DNA of 53,304 nucleotides from a virus (IMGVR_UViG_3300037606_000271:1-53304), one strand, 5' to 3'. Positions 1 through 9,337 are shown, counted from the first letter of the stretch. Notes: generated by a model from the sequence alone, not told the origin. Translations and numbers: made by a program.

Positions 1-1
1 C

Positions 2-256
2 TACAAAGTAGATGAGTTTGGCAGCATTTATTTTCATGGCAAGAAAATAGTAAATTGTAGACGATTACATAATGGAAACGATCCTACATTTCAGCCTTGG
101 TTGGATGTAGAAAAGCGTTCTTTGCTTACTATGATTCATCAGAATAAAGTTCACGACCAAACCAGTTTGCAAAAGCTGGTAAACGACGTACAATACTTTT
201 TTCACAGACCAAAAGCTGCAATTCTAAGCAAAGCTTATAACTTGCTAAAAAAATAA
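2..256 (+). CDS. Hypothetical protein, 5'-truncated by the window edge
   Basis: Frame 2 is open from base 2 (YKVDEFGSIYFHGKK...) to TAA at 254-256; followed by a strong hairpin. Confidence 0.7.
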   Translation, partial: YKVDEFGSIYFHGKKIVNCRRLHNGNDPTFQPWLDVEKRSLLTMIHQNKVHDQTSLQKLVNDVQYFFHRPKAAILSKAYNLLKK

Positions 257-261
257 CAATT

Positions 262-299
262 TCACTCAGGTTATCTTAAATCCAAGGTAACCTGAGTGA
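262..299. terminator. Long intergenic hairpin (terminator or RNA processing site)
   Basis: TCACTCAGGTTA (262-273) is the perfect reverse complement of TAACCTGAGTGA (288-299), extended inward by TCTT/AAGG; weak U-tract. Confidence 0.55.
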
Positions 300-315
300 C
301 TCTTAAAAATTACAC

Positions 316-540
316 ATGGGAAAATCATACAGAAAACCTTACGCTAGTGTGCCTAAAAAGAAAGACAAGGTAATGATGCATAAAAAAGAAAGAGCTATGG
401 TAAAATCAGCTATGTCAACTGATAACTATGATGAAATAGTTTTACCTGAAAAAGTGTGTCAAGTAACAGATATTTGGTCTTTTAATCAAGATGGTAACTC
501 TAAATACACACCAAATAATGCAAAATTAAAAAGAAAATGA
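316..540 (+). CDS. Small basic phage protein (MGKSYRKP... type), function unknown
   Basis: 74-aa Lys/Arg-rich ORF; ATGA overlap with the next gene. Confidence 0.75.
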   Translation: MGKSYRKPYASVPKKKDKVMMHKKERAMVKSAMSTDNYDEIVLPEKVCQVTDIWSFNQDGNSKYTPNNAKLKRK

Positions 541-944
541 CAGATTACCAAAAAGGTGAAAGAGTAGGTAAAATAGTCTTTAAGAAATCACCTACTCTCA
601 TAATTGACTTCATAAAATCTAATAATGTTTTATTCATTCCTAAGTATCAAGATGAATACACTAGAGTAGAAAGAACTCTAAAACACCATATTGATAATTG
701 TGAATATTCAAAATATTTTAATTTAAGATATTTACCTTTACGTAAAAAAATACAGAAATTCTATTTACCTGAAACATTCAGGTATAAGACTTTTTCTAAA
801 ATTAAAAATATAAATGAATTTAAAGAAGGTCTTTCTGTTGCCTTGTTTGATTCAGATGGTTGTCACTACAACCACATAAAAGAAAAGATTAAAATCAACA
901 CGTCATTAAATTATTCAATCATCACTTTAATTCTAAGTGATTAA
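537..944 (+). CDS. Hypothetical protein
   Basis: 135-aa ORF translationally coupled to 316..540. Confidence 0.75.
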   Translation: MTDYQKGERVGKIVFKKSPTLIIDFIKSNNVLFIPKYQDEYTRVERTLKHHIDNCEYSKYFNLRYLPLRKKIQKFYLPETFRYKTFSKIKNINEFKEGLSVALFDSDGCHYNHIKEKIKINTSLNYSIITLILSD

Positions 945-955
945 ACTTTAACATT

Positions 956-1078
956 ATGTGGTTTAAATTAGTAACCATTGGTTGGGTATATTACTCTGAG
1001 CGTCATCCGCACAGGTACCCAACATATTTCATCACTTGCCTTACTCCCGAAGAGTATAAGGAATCAAAAAAGAAATAA
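956..1078 (+). CDS. Small hypothetical protein (40 aa, MWFKLVTIGWVYYSERHPH...)
   Basis: Read manually; ATG after an AT-rich leader, fills the gap between neighbouring ORFs. Confidence 0.55.
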   Translation: MWFKLVTIGWVYYSERHPHRYPTYFITCLTPEEYKESKKK

Positions 1079-1080
1079 TT

Positions 1081-1275
1081 ATGTATAATTTCTACGGACA
1101 ACTTAAAGTCCACAAAATCAATGGTTTAACCAGTGAAGTTCTTATACATGAAACTGGAGAACACGAATCATGTGTAAACCCAGAGAACCTGGAAGAAGGA
1201 GATGTCATTGACTGGCATTTCAACAAAGATGCAGAGTGGGTAACTGAATTTATAGTTGCACACTCTTTTGGATAA
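1081..1275 (+). CDS. Small acidic hypothetical protein
   Basis: 64-aa ORF in the co-oriented early cluster. Confidence 0.7.
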   Translation: MYNFYGQLKVHKINGLTSEVLIHETGEHESCVNPENLEEGDVIDWHFNKDAEWVTEFIVAHSFG

Positions 1276-1304
1276 CTTAAAGGCTGAGTAGTTCTCAGCA
1301 ATAC

Positions 1305-1377
1305 GGGGGTGTCATACTAACGGATAAGTAGAATGACTTCTAATCATTAAATCAGGGTTCGATTCCCTGCACCCCTA
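1305..1377 (+). tRNA. tRNA-Arg (anticodon TCT)
   Basis: Cloverleaf: acceptor GGGGGTG/CACCCCT, D-stem TACT/AGTA, anticodon stem AATGA-CTTCTAA-TCATT, T-arm CAGGG-TTCGATT-CCCTG; CCA not encoded. Confidence 0.92.
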
Positions 1378-1434
1378 CAAGCAATAAAACTGTAGTAATT
1401 TCATTACAGTTCAATCTTCATTAAAACAAGTAAA

Positions 1435-1818
1435 ATGATTAATTTACCTTTTGATCACACCGGATATAACATTGTCACTGGTAACGGCATCGGCTATGAA
1501 CCAATATCAAACACTTTAATAATGGTTAGTATCAAAGCTGAAGTTAAAGTTGAACTTATTTCCCCAAAGCTTCAAGCAAGACTTAATTTCATTAAAAGTG
1601 AAAACAGGAAAAGCAAGCAACGGGCGGAAATAAAGAAGCAAAAAGCTTTTTTTCAAACGCTAAAAGAAGTGGATAAGTTTGACTTTACAATGAGCTATGC
1701 TCAATGGCATAAGTTTATTGCAAGTCCTAAGTTTCATTTAATTATTCTTGGAAAAGTCTCAATTGTTCCTGGAACAGTAGGTCCCCAAGTAGCAATTCGT
1801 GAAAATTATGACATCTGA
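1435..1818 (+). CDS. Hypothetical protein
   Basis: 127-aa ORF with an A-rich leader. Confidence 0.75.
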   Translation: MINLPFDHTGYNIVTGNGIGYEPISNTLIMVSIKAEVKVELISPKLQARLNFIKSENRKSKQRAEIKKQKAFFQTLKEVDKFDFTMSYAQWHKFIASPKFHLIILGKVSIVPGTVGPQVAIRENYDI

Positions 1819-1930
1819 AGAAAAAAAATGTGTTTTGTGCAAACTCAAAACGGTTGATCCATGTAATACTATTGGAGATGCTAAGTATTGTTGGGCAAGA
1901 CATATTAATCCTAAAAAGATTGCAACCTGA
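1808..1930 (+). CDS. Small Cys-rich protein (40 aa), possible zinc-binding
   Basis: Manual translation MTSEEKKCVLCKLKTVDPCNTIGDAKYCWARHINPKKIAT; overlaps the end of the upstream gene. Confidence 0.5.
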   Translation: MTSEEKKCVLCKLKTVDPCNTIGDAKYCWARHINPKKIAT

Positions 1931-1949
1931 GAAATCAGGATTTTTGTAG

Positions 1950-1975
1950 GTGGAGAGGTAATTGAGCCTCTCCAC
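1950..1975 (+). terminator. GC-rich hairpin, probable intrinsic terminator
   Basis: GTGGAGAGG-TAATTGAG-CCTCTCCAC followed by an AT-rich tail; preceded by a CCTGA-GAAA-TCAGG tetraloop hairpin. Confidence 0.55.
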
Positions 1976-1996
1976 TATTATTTAAATTAACCAAAA

Positions 1997-2167
1997 ATGA
2001 GATTAACAAAAAAACCAAACATTGCCGACTACAACATGACTTTAGTCGGCACAACATACTTTGACAGTTATCCTGGTAATCCAAAAGATTCAGTGCATTA
2101 CATTGATGCTAAAGATGTAAACAAAGAAGGATATTTTTTGTTAATCAATTTAAAAACAATAAAATGA
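1997..2167 (+). CDS. Small hypothetical protein (56 aa)
   Basis: Manual translation MRLTKKPNIADYNMTLVG...; ATGA overlap with 2164..2391. Confidence 0.6.
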   Translation: MRLTKKPNIADYNMTLVGTTYFDSYPGNPKDSVHYIDAKDVNKEGYFLLINLKTIK

Positions 2168-2391
2168 TATTTGTAATCATCTCTGTTGTGTGGATTTTAA
2201 TCTACACATATAAGTCCATGTTGAAGTGGCAAAAAGAAGGAATTGACTCTATTAAAACTAAACCCTTTCCGGGAGTTAGTGATGCGCAAGCACAAAGAGA
2301 GTTTATGGCTAAAGTAGGCAATAAATTTAAAAACGAAAATCCTGAAGGTGGTAACTACATAGGTATTCCACCTAAAGGCAAAGATAGTTAA
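2164..2391 (+). CDS. Small membrane-anchored protein
   Basis: N-terminal hydrophobic helix MIFVIISVVWILIY. Confidence 0.7.
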   Translation: MIFVIISVVWILIYTYKSMLKWQKEGIDSIKTKPFPGVSDAQAQREFMAKVGNKFKNENPEGGNYIGIPPKGKDS

Positions 2392-2393
2392 CT

Positions 2394-2570
2394 CCTCGTT
2401 ATAGATAAGAGGTACATAAAGTGCTTCCCTATGCTGTATGGCGGGGAAGAGAGACAGGTAACTACGTAATGGAAAGATGTATAACTTAAGCTTGGTTGTA
2501 TGTCATGTAAGTCTCTAATTACCCCTGCTAATCTAAGGTTCTGTAATGCATTACAGATTGTCTCGTCACT
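2394..2570 (+). ncRNA. Candidate structured non-coding RNA or leader
   Basis: GC-enriched ORF-free gap with four consecutive helical elements, several relying on G.U pairs on the + strand. Confidence 0.45.
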
Positions 2571-2598
2571 TTTTAATTTAAACTAAATCAAATAACTA

Positions 2599-3066
2599 AT
2601 GAGAGAATTTTTTAACAAATATTTAGAAGGTCAAACTAAAGCAGTTTTATCTTTTGTTGTAACGCTCCTTTTCCTTATAGTACTCATTACACGGTGCTCT
2701 GGAGATGAAGTTGTTGAACCAGTTATCTATGATTTACCTCAAGAAATGGTTCAGAATCCAGTCAACCCTATTTCTAACAAGACTTCTAAGAGTATTAAAA
2801 AGGTTGACCTGAAAGATAGTGGTCAAATTCTTTATGATGCTTTAGAAGTCTCTACACGGAACTATTTAGCCAAACTAGTACCTTCTGATGTCTTGGATAA
2901 TTACGAATTTGATAAAGACGGCAAATTGCGCTTGTCTATATCAGAATTATTTAGATTAACAGAAGAATCTATTATTAACCAATACAAAAATCGAATTGTA
3001 AATCCAGTTACTCTTGACACAATTAGTCAAGATACATTGGATATTAGATCTCTTCTTCAACAGTAA
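2599..3066 (+). CDS. Membrane-anchored or lipoprotein-like protein
   Basis: Hydrophobic stretch AVLSFVVTLLFLIVLI followed by TRC-SG and an acidic linker. Confidence 0.7.
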   Translation: MREFFNKYLEGQTKAVLSFVVTLLFLIVLITRCSGDEVVEPVIYDLPQEMVQNPVNPISNKTSKSIKKVDLKDSGQILYDALEVSTRNYLAKLVPSDVLDNYEFDKDGKLRLSISELFRLTEESIINQYKNRIVNPVTLDTISQDTLDIRSLLQQ

Positions 3067-3071
3067 TTACC

Positions 3072-4100
3072 ATGGAATTTGATATGTCAGACATCTTTTC
3101 CCCCCTAATAGCTTTAGGGTTACTTGTCTTTCTAATATTTGTAATCTACGTGATTATGAAGAGGGAAGATGATGTAGGCGAAGAGGTTACAAAAAAGATA
3201 GGTAATCAATCTCTCTTCCTATTAGAGATTTTGCTTATCATCATGAATGGAGCAGAAATGCTTACAGCTGCTGGTATTGCTGCTGTGAGTACAGCATTTG
3301 AGATTAGCTATTCAGCAAGATTAATTCTTCATGCTGTTTTTGCCTTAGTTTCTGTGCTTGGTGGTTTTGCTCTTTCAAGACAACTTAAAGAAGCTTTTGT
3401 TCACTGGAAACAACCAGTACAATGGGTTCAAGCTTTCTTTTCATTATGCCTTGTTGTTGGTGGACCCTTAGCTAACCTTTTTGTCATGGCGTATAGCATG
3501 AATCAGCTCTCTGCTCTAAGAGGTTATGCTTCAATAGGAACAGGTAGATTTTACACAGATGGTGTAGAAATCATGACTATGAAATATGTTGGACTATTGG
3601 AAAACGTTAATAACAACGTTTTAGATCCAACTTTATTTACTACTCTTATGATTACAATTTTTCATTGCTTTCTTGTTCTTGTCATTTCGGTTATCGCTTA
3701 TGACAAGGTATATGGAAGTTCTGATGTTGTAGTAAAAGTAGAAAATAAAAAAGCAACACCCAAGGTAAAAGATGCAGAGGTTGTTGAAGAAGTTAATGAT
3801 GCAAAAGACAAGAAATCTGATAAAAAACTTGATTACAGAAGTGAATCATTGGATTTAATGTCATTTGCATTAGGGGGAGAACCTAAACCTTTTCAAATAA
3901 ATGGTTTAGTAGTTGGTACTTCAACTCCAGACAACATTAAAGGATGGATTGTCAATGTATCTACTGACTATAAAAAAGCCATTGAAATTCAAAAAATGGC
4001 TGTTGAAAGTGCCAATCAAGCAACTATTCAAAGGGCAAATGAGCACGTTGAAAAACAAGTAGAAAAATTCAAGAAGATTTTAAGTGAAATTGATAAATAA
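3072..4100 (+). CDS. Polytopic membrane protein (~5 TM helices) with soluble C-terminal region
   Basis: About five hydrophobic segments in aa 10-210, charged linker, helical C-terminus. Confidence 0.8.
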   Translation: MEFDMSDIFSPLIALGLLVFLIFVIYVIMKREDDVGEEVTKKIGNQSLFLLEILLIIMNGAEMLTAAGIAAVSTAFEISYSARLILHAVFALVSVLGGFALSRQLKEAFVHWKQPVQWVQAFFSLCLVVGGPLANLFVMAYSMNQLSALRGYASIGTGRFYTDGVEIMTMKYVGLLENVNNNVLDPTLFTTLMITIFHCFLVLVISVIAYDKVYGSSDVVVKVENKKATPKVKDAEVVEEVNDAKDKKSDKKLDYRSESLDLMSFALGGEPKPFQINGLVVGTSTPDNIKGWIVNVSTDYKKAIEIQKMAVESANQATIQRANEHVEKQVEKFKKILSEIDK

Positions 4101-4811
4101 TTGATTATGAATATTAAGGAAAAGAACGTAATAATGACAAGATTTCGCATCTTGTTAGCAGCAGTAAATTCCAAGACAGTAATGCCTGATCAGGAAAAAG
4201 AAAGTATTGTAAATCTTGTTACCAACATGGTTAAAGATTACCCATTCATTGCAGAAGAGTATTCTTCGGAATACAAAATTGTAAATGGTCAAATAGCTGA
4301 AGATGGTCATCTGATGAGCATTGTTCACAAGTACTGGAACGCTGCTTTTAGTGGCGTAATCAACGTCCCTGTAAGGACGTATAAATCACCAGAGGCTTTG
4401 ATTGAGTGGGTTCTCACTGACCGTAATTGGACTCCTGAAGATCGTTGGACCATGTTAACAACATGTGCTAACTTCATGCTTTATAATCGTAACTATGAAG
4501 TATCAGATGATTCACCTGCGCAAACAAAAGCACTTGGCTCAATTAGAGAAATCTACGAGATGTTGCTGCAAACAAAAGGTGCAGAAAATGCAATGACCAT
4601 TAATGGACTTTGGAAACATGTAAACATGTATCTACAGTTTGCTTTTGATCATAAAGTTTACAATGGTATAGACCAAGAAGTGGTAAATGCTATTATATTG
4701 ATCGAGAAAATACACCCTTTAATGAGTAAAGCTTATTGGGACAACCAAGCTCTTATCTCTTCAGAAGAAGAGATTAAAGAAGTCATTGAGAATGACACCC
4801 TAGAAGAATAA
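4101..4811 (+). CDS. Hypothetical alpha-helical protein (ATG at 4107 is the likelier start)
   Basis: 236-aa ORF abutting the upstream stop; followed by a terminator. Confidence 0.8.
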   Translation: MIMNIKEKNVIMTRFRILLAAVNSKTVMPDQEKESIVNLVTNMVKDYPFIAEEYSSEYKIVNGQIAEDGHLMSIVHKYWNAAFSGVINVPVRTYKSPEALIEWVLTDRNWTPEDRWTMLTTCANFMLYNRNYEVSDDSPAQTKALGSIREIYEMLLQTKGAENAMTINGLWKHVNMYLQFAFDHKVYNGIDQEVVNAIILIEKIHPLMSKAYWDNQALISSEEEIKEVIENDTLEE

Positions 4812-4820
4812 AATCTTCGT

Positions 4821-4860
4821 CTCCCCCACTTACAAAACTATAGAGTGGGGGAGTATTTTT
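4821..4860 (+). terminator. Intrinsic terminator
   Basis: CTCCCCCACT (4821-4830) / AGTGGGGGAG (4844-4853) followed by TATTTTT. Confidence 0.7.
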
Positions 4861-4863
4861 ACC

Positions 4864-5424
4864 ATGAAAAACATAATAATATCACTAATAACAATTATAA
4901 CGTTGGCAGGGTCATCAGAAGACAATGATACCTATTTAGCTACGTTACCTCAAATTACAGTTACGGCTGAAATTTTACATGACTATGTCCCAAAAAGACA
5001 TAAGAACAGAAAAGAATTTACAAAGATCAATCAACCAATTATTGACTATGTATCAAAATACACATGGATGTCACCAGCCCAAGTTTACGCTTTACTAATA
5101 ATGGAGCAAGGGTCTGGTAGTAAATTATTAACTGTACATAACAATCCATTTAATATTACATTAGGCGCATCTAAAATGAACAGCGTAAAAGCTGACACTT
5201 GGGAATATTCTATTGACAATAGAACAACAGGTACTTTTAGAAGTTATACAACAATTAAAAAAGGTTTAGACGATGCCATTAAACTTATAAATGGCAGGTA
5301 TAATCGTGAACCAACAGATAATGAAACAGCTTGTAAGCATATTTATAAAAAGGGTTGGCATACTGATCCTAATGTAAAAGCAAGAATAATCTTAAGTAAT
5401 AAATATGACAACTTAAATGTGTAA
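4864..5424 (+). CDS. Secreted peptidoglycan hydrolase, glucosaminidase/GH73 (FlgJ-like) family
   Basis: Signal-peptide-like N-terminus; motifs LIMEQGSGS (catalytic Glu), HNNPFNI, FRSYTT, GWHTDP (variant of GYATDP). Confidence 0.75.
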   Translation: MKNIIISLITIITLAGSSEDNDTYLATLPQITVTAEILHDYVPKRHKNRKEFTKINQPIIDYVSKYTWMSPAQVYALLIMEQGSGSKLLTVHNNPFNITLGASKMNSVKADTWEYSIDNRTTGTFRSYTTIKKGLDDAIKLINGRYNREPTDNETACKHIYKKGWHTDPNVKARIILSNKYDNLNV

Positions 5425-5437
5425 AATATGAAGGGAT

Positions 5438-8400
5438 ATGAAAGAGTATGAAAAAACATTACAGGTTTATGATATTGAAGTTTTTAAAAATGTTTTTCTT
5501 TGGGGTGCAGTTGACATTAAAACAGAAGAAATAAAAATATTTGAAATAAGTAAATGGGTAAATAATAGTAGTTCCTTATACAAACATTTGACTAAAAAAA
5601 CTAAAGGGTTAATTGGTTTTAACAACATAAGCTATGATAATCCTTTGACAAATTTCTTCTTAGCTACAAGAACTACTAATAACCTAAGATACTATGAATT
5701 GTCAAAAAAGTTAATTGAAAATAACAACACATCTTCTATTGAATTTATCCCTCAACTTGATATTTATAAAATTAATCATTGGGATAACAAAGGAGTCTCC
5801 CTAAAGAAATGTGGAGCTAGATTAAACTTTCCTGTTATTGCAGATTTACCTTATAAATATGACGCTGAATTGTCTTTACATCAAGTTAAAAGATTAAGAG
5901 AATATTTAGTAAATGATTTACAAATTACTCTTAAACTTTATAAACTATATGATGAAAAGTATTATTTGAGAAATGTTATACATAAAGAATACGGTTTATT
6001 GTGTCATAATTGGTCAGATTCCAAGATTGGAGAAGAACTGGTCTTAAAGTTATATTGTGACATAACAGGGAATAACCCTGATCATATTAGATCTTTAAGA
6101 ACACCTAGAAATTCTATTAAAGTTAAAGACATTCTTTTTGATTATATTAAATTCAAAGACCCTCTGTTAAAAGAGCAGTTTAATAATATTAAAAAAGAAG
6201 TTATAAGTAATACTAAAGGTGGTTTTAAATATGTGTTTAATTACGGTGGTATAGAAACACATTTAGCTCAAGGTGGCATTCATGCTTGTGCCCCTGGCAT
6301 ATATAAAAGTAATGATACCCATTTTATTATAGACATAGATATTGAATCAATGTACCCAAGTGTAATGATTAGTAATGAATTACACCCAAAGCATTTAGGA
6401 AAAATCTTTTGTGATGTATTAAAAGATAGTATAGTTGGCCCTAGAAATAAGATTCATAAAATTAAAAGCAAAGATAAAAGTTTACATTATACTCAACGTA
6501 GACGGCATGTTGCTTTTTCTGACGGATTAAAATTAGCGGGTAGACAAAACTATTATTAAAAAATTATAATGAATTTTAATAAACAAGACATCCATGAAAA
6601 TAATATTGGAATCTATGAAATAAAGAATATACAAACTGGAAATAAGTATATTGGAAGTACTAGAACATCTTTTGGTAAAAGATTTAAACAGCACTTGTGG
6701 AAATTATCCACTGGAAGACATAAAAACAAACATTTACTTAGAGCGTATAACAAATACGATAAGAAATTTGAATTTAATGTTATTTCAGTTACTACTAAAG
6801 AAAACACATTAGTAGAAGAACAAGTTTGGATTAATTGTTGTGGTTATTATAACATTAATCCTAGTGCTACAGATTTTTCTCATTTACCTCAAGAAATTAT
6901 AGATAAAAGAACAGCTACTTATCGTAAGACTAGGGCTAAAGCTTTAGAATATTTAAACCAAGTTAAAAATAACGAAATTACCGTTGAACAAGTACCTAAA
7001 AAGTATAAGAAAATGGTAAAAGATTTATTTACTAGATCTGCTTGGAATAAAGGTCTTGGCGGTACTTATGACACTGGTGGTTTAAGAGTTCCTAAAACTA
7101 AAACCAAAAAACTTAAGCAAGCTTGGAAAAATACTTCAATTAGATATAGAAAAAAGCTTCCAGAAATTTACGTATATACTTTAGACAAGACGTTTATTAA
7201 GAAATATCACTGCTCAAAAGATATTGAAGAAGAATCTAATAACGAAGATTTTCATATGTATAAATATATGAAATTAAGAAATCCTACTGGAAGAAATGGT
7301 AAATTTTCTTGGTTTTTAGCTTCATGTAATATCAATAAATGTGCAAATGGTATTGTAAAACATTATAAAGGATTAATATTTAGTTATGCCCCTTTGAATA
7401 GTGATATTCAAAGCAAATCGGATGAATTCAGTGGAACTCCTAATGGGACAATACTGAGCGAAGCTTTATCGGGAGATAAAGAACGTGCAACGACTAATAG
7501 CATACCACTAGAACAGTGATGAAGCTAACACGAGCGTCCGACATCTCTAACGAGAGATGATGATATAGTCTGGACTACATGGTAACATGTAGAAGTTTAG
7601 TTTAAATGACTAAGCGATAACAAAATCGAACTCAGTTTATGGCAAGTCAGGTAGTAGATTCTCTTCGCTTTATGACCCTCAATTAATGATGTCTGTAACA
7701 ATTAATGGAGAATTGAGTACTCTAATGTTAATTGAGTCTTTGTACTCACAACTTGATTTAGATATAATTCAAGAGAATACAGATGGTTGTACTTTCTTTG
7801 CAAAAAGAGAAGATGAGACCAAGTTTAGAGAAATTGTTACTGAATGGGAATTACTTACTAAACTTAAAATGGAGTATCAGATTTATGATGCAATGTATTT
7901 GAGAGACGTGTGAAATATTTGCGTCAAAACTCCTTTAATTGCTGGAACATCCTTAGAGCTAGTTAAACTACAATAGTGGAGAAATCACACTATGAATGTT
8001 TGAAAATTAACTAGATTGGACAATCAGCAGCGAAGACCCTTTAAAATGGGTAACGTTCATCGACTATCGAAAACCTTGCATAAAGAGTTAGTAGAGTACA
8101 CTGTAAAAAGTGGAAACGGGGAGCAATTTTAATATTAAAAAATTTATGAAAAACAATTTAACAAAACAAGATAAAGATAAATCAGGTATATATGTAATTA
8201 CAAATCTAGTCAATCAAAAGAAATACGTAGGTAAAACAAAATGTTTTGGAAGCAGAATATACGGACACTCCTCAACATTTAATACATTATCTAAAAAGAG
8301 TATTAATCAGTATCTGATAGATAGTGTAAAAAAGCACGGAAAAGATTTGTTCTTTTTTACTATTCTTGAAGAATGCAGCATAGAAGATTGTCTAGAAAAA

Positions 8401-9337
8401 GAATTATATTGGATTAAAAAATTAAATACTATAGATAAAAATATAGGGTATAATTTAAGAATGGATTCATCAACTAAAATGATTGTCCATGAATCCACAA
8501 AAGTAAAAAATAGCATACATTCTAAACGTTTTTGGGCTAATGGAGATCACAAAGATCATTCTAAAAAGCTTAAAAAACATTGGGAAACTAGAAACAGATC
8601 TAAGCAATCTGATGTTATGGCTAATAATTTTACTAAATACCATTATTTTATTGAGTGCGATAAATTTACAGATTTTGTAACTCCTAAACAATTAAGAGAA
8701 TTAGGGTACAATAATGTAACTCATACGTTTTACATGCACAAGACAGATAGAGTTTTCTTTAAAGGAGCTTTTATTCGTCGTATTAAAATTGAAGATATAG
8801 TCAGTTCTAATGTGAAAACATTAGAGTAAACGAAATAATTTTATTGCCGTTGCTGGTGATTATACTAAACTCAAAGGTGTGTATGAAATTGACAAGAAAG
8901 TAGGTAATGAACCAGCTTTACATAAAAACAACTCAATGACAGTAGTTGCTATTGCTGCTAAAGAATACTTTCTTAATGATACACCTGTTGAAGAAACTAT
9001 ACGAAATCATAAAAACATCTATGATTTTTGTATTACTAAGCACATGAATAAAGGTTGGTTTTTAACTTATCAAGCTACCCCTGATTCACAACCGTTTTTA
9101 CTTAAAAATATAAAAACGCTTAAATATTACGTAAGTAATTCAGGTGGTACAATATATAAAAATCACATAGATGGTAGAATAAACTACTATCTTGAAGCAC
9201 CTTTAAAAGGCAAAGGCAACAAAAATCATTATTGGAAATTAAAAATGTTTAACAAATTTAGGCATAAAGAAGATTATGAAATAGACTATTCTTATTATAT
9301 TAGAGAAGCAAATAAATTAATAAATGGAATCAAATAA
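5438..9337 (+). CDS. polB: Family B DNA polymerase, three exons: 5438-6541, 7629-7909, 8833-9337 (629 aa spliced)
   Basis: Exo motifs YDIE and GFNNISYD; motif A DIESMYPS; splicing restores motif B KLAG|NSVYGK and RDV|NNFIA; motif C NTDG; exon lengths sum to 1890 nt in frame. Confidence 0.93.
6542..7628 (+). mobile_element. Group I intron 1 in polB
   Basis: 5' exon ends in U (GGT), intron ends in G; internal guide AGTTATGCCC (~7382-7391) pairs with both exons; P7 GACTA (7492-7496) / TAGTC (7566-7570). Confidence 0.92.
6569..7519 (+). CDS. Intron-encoded GIY-YIG homing endonuclease with NUMOD1-like C-terminal domain
   Basis: GIYEIKN...KYIGST...RFKQH; starts in the P1 loop and runs into the ribozyme core. 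Confidence 0.9.
   Translation: MNFNKQDIHENNIGIYEIKNIQTGNKYIGSTRTSFGKRFKQHLWKLSTGRHKNKHLLRAYNKYDKKFEFNVISVTTKENTLVEEQVWINCCGYYNINPSATDFSHLPQEIIDKRTATYRKTRAKALEYLNQVKNNEITVEQVPKKYKKMVKDLFTRSAWNKGLGGTYDTGGLRVPKTKTKKLKQAWKNTSIRYRKKLPEIYVYTLDKTFIKKYHCSKDIEEESNNEDFHMYKYMKLRNPTGRNGKFSWFLASCNINKCANGIVKHYKGLIFSYAPLNSDIQSKSDEFSGTPNGTILSEALSGDKERATTNSIPLEQ
7910..8832 (+). mobile_element. Group I intron 2 in polB
   Basis: Exon end GACGT pairs with guide GCGTC (7921-7925); TATTT pairs with exon 3 start AAATA; AATTGCTGGAA/AATCAGCAG core; P7 GACTA (8062-8066) / TAGTC (8798-8802); terminal G8832. Confidence 0.92.
8146..8829 (+). CDS. Intron-encoded GIY-YIG homing endonuclease
   Basis: SGIYVITN...KYVGKT...R, E and GYN motifs; ATG 8146 preferred to GTG 8110; lies between the two P7 strands. 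Confidence 0.9.
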   Translation: MKNNLTKQDKDKSGIYVITNLVNQKKYVGKTKCFGSRIYGHSSTFNTLSKKSINQYLIDSVKKHGKDLFFFTILEECSIEDCLEKELYWIKKLNTIDKNIGYNLRMDSSTKMIVHESTKVKNSIHSKRFWANGDHKDHSKKLKKHWETRNRSKQSDVMANNFTKYHYFIECDKFTDFVTPKQLRELGYNNVTHTFYMHKTDRVFFKGAFIRRIKIEDIVSSNVKTLE

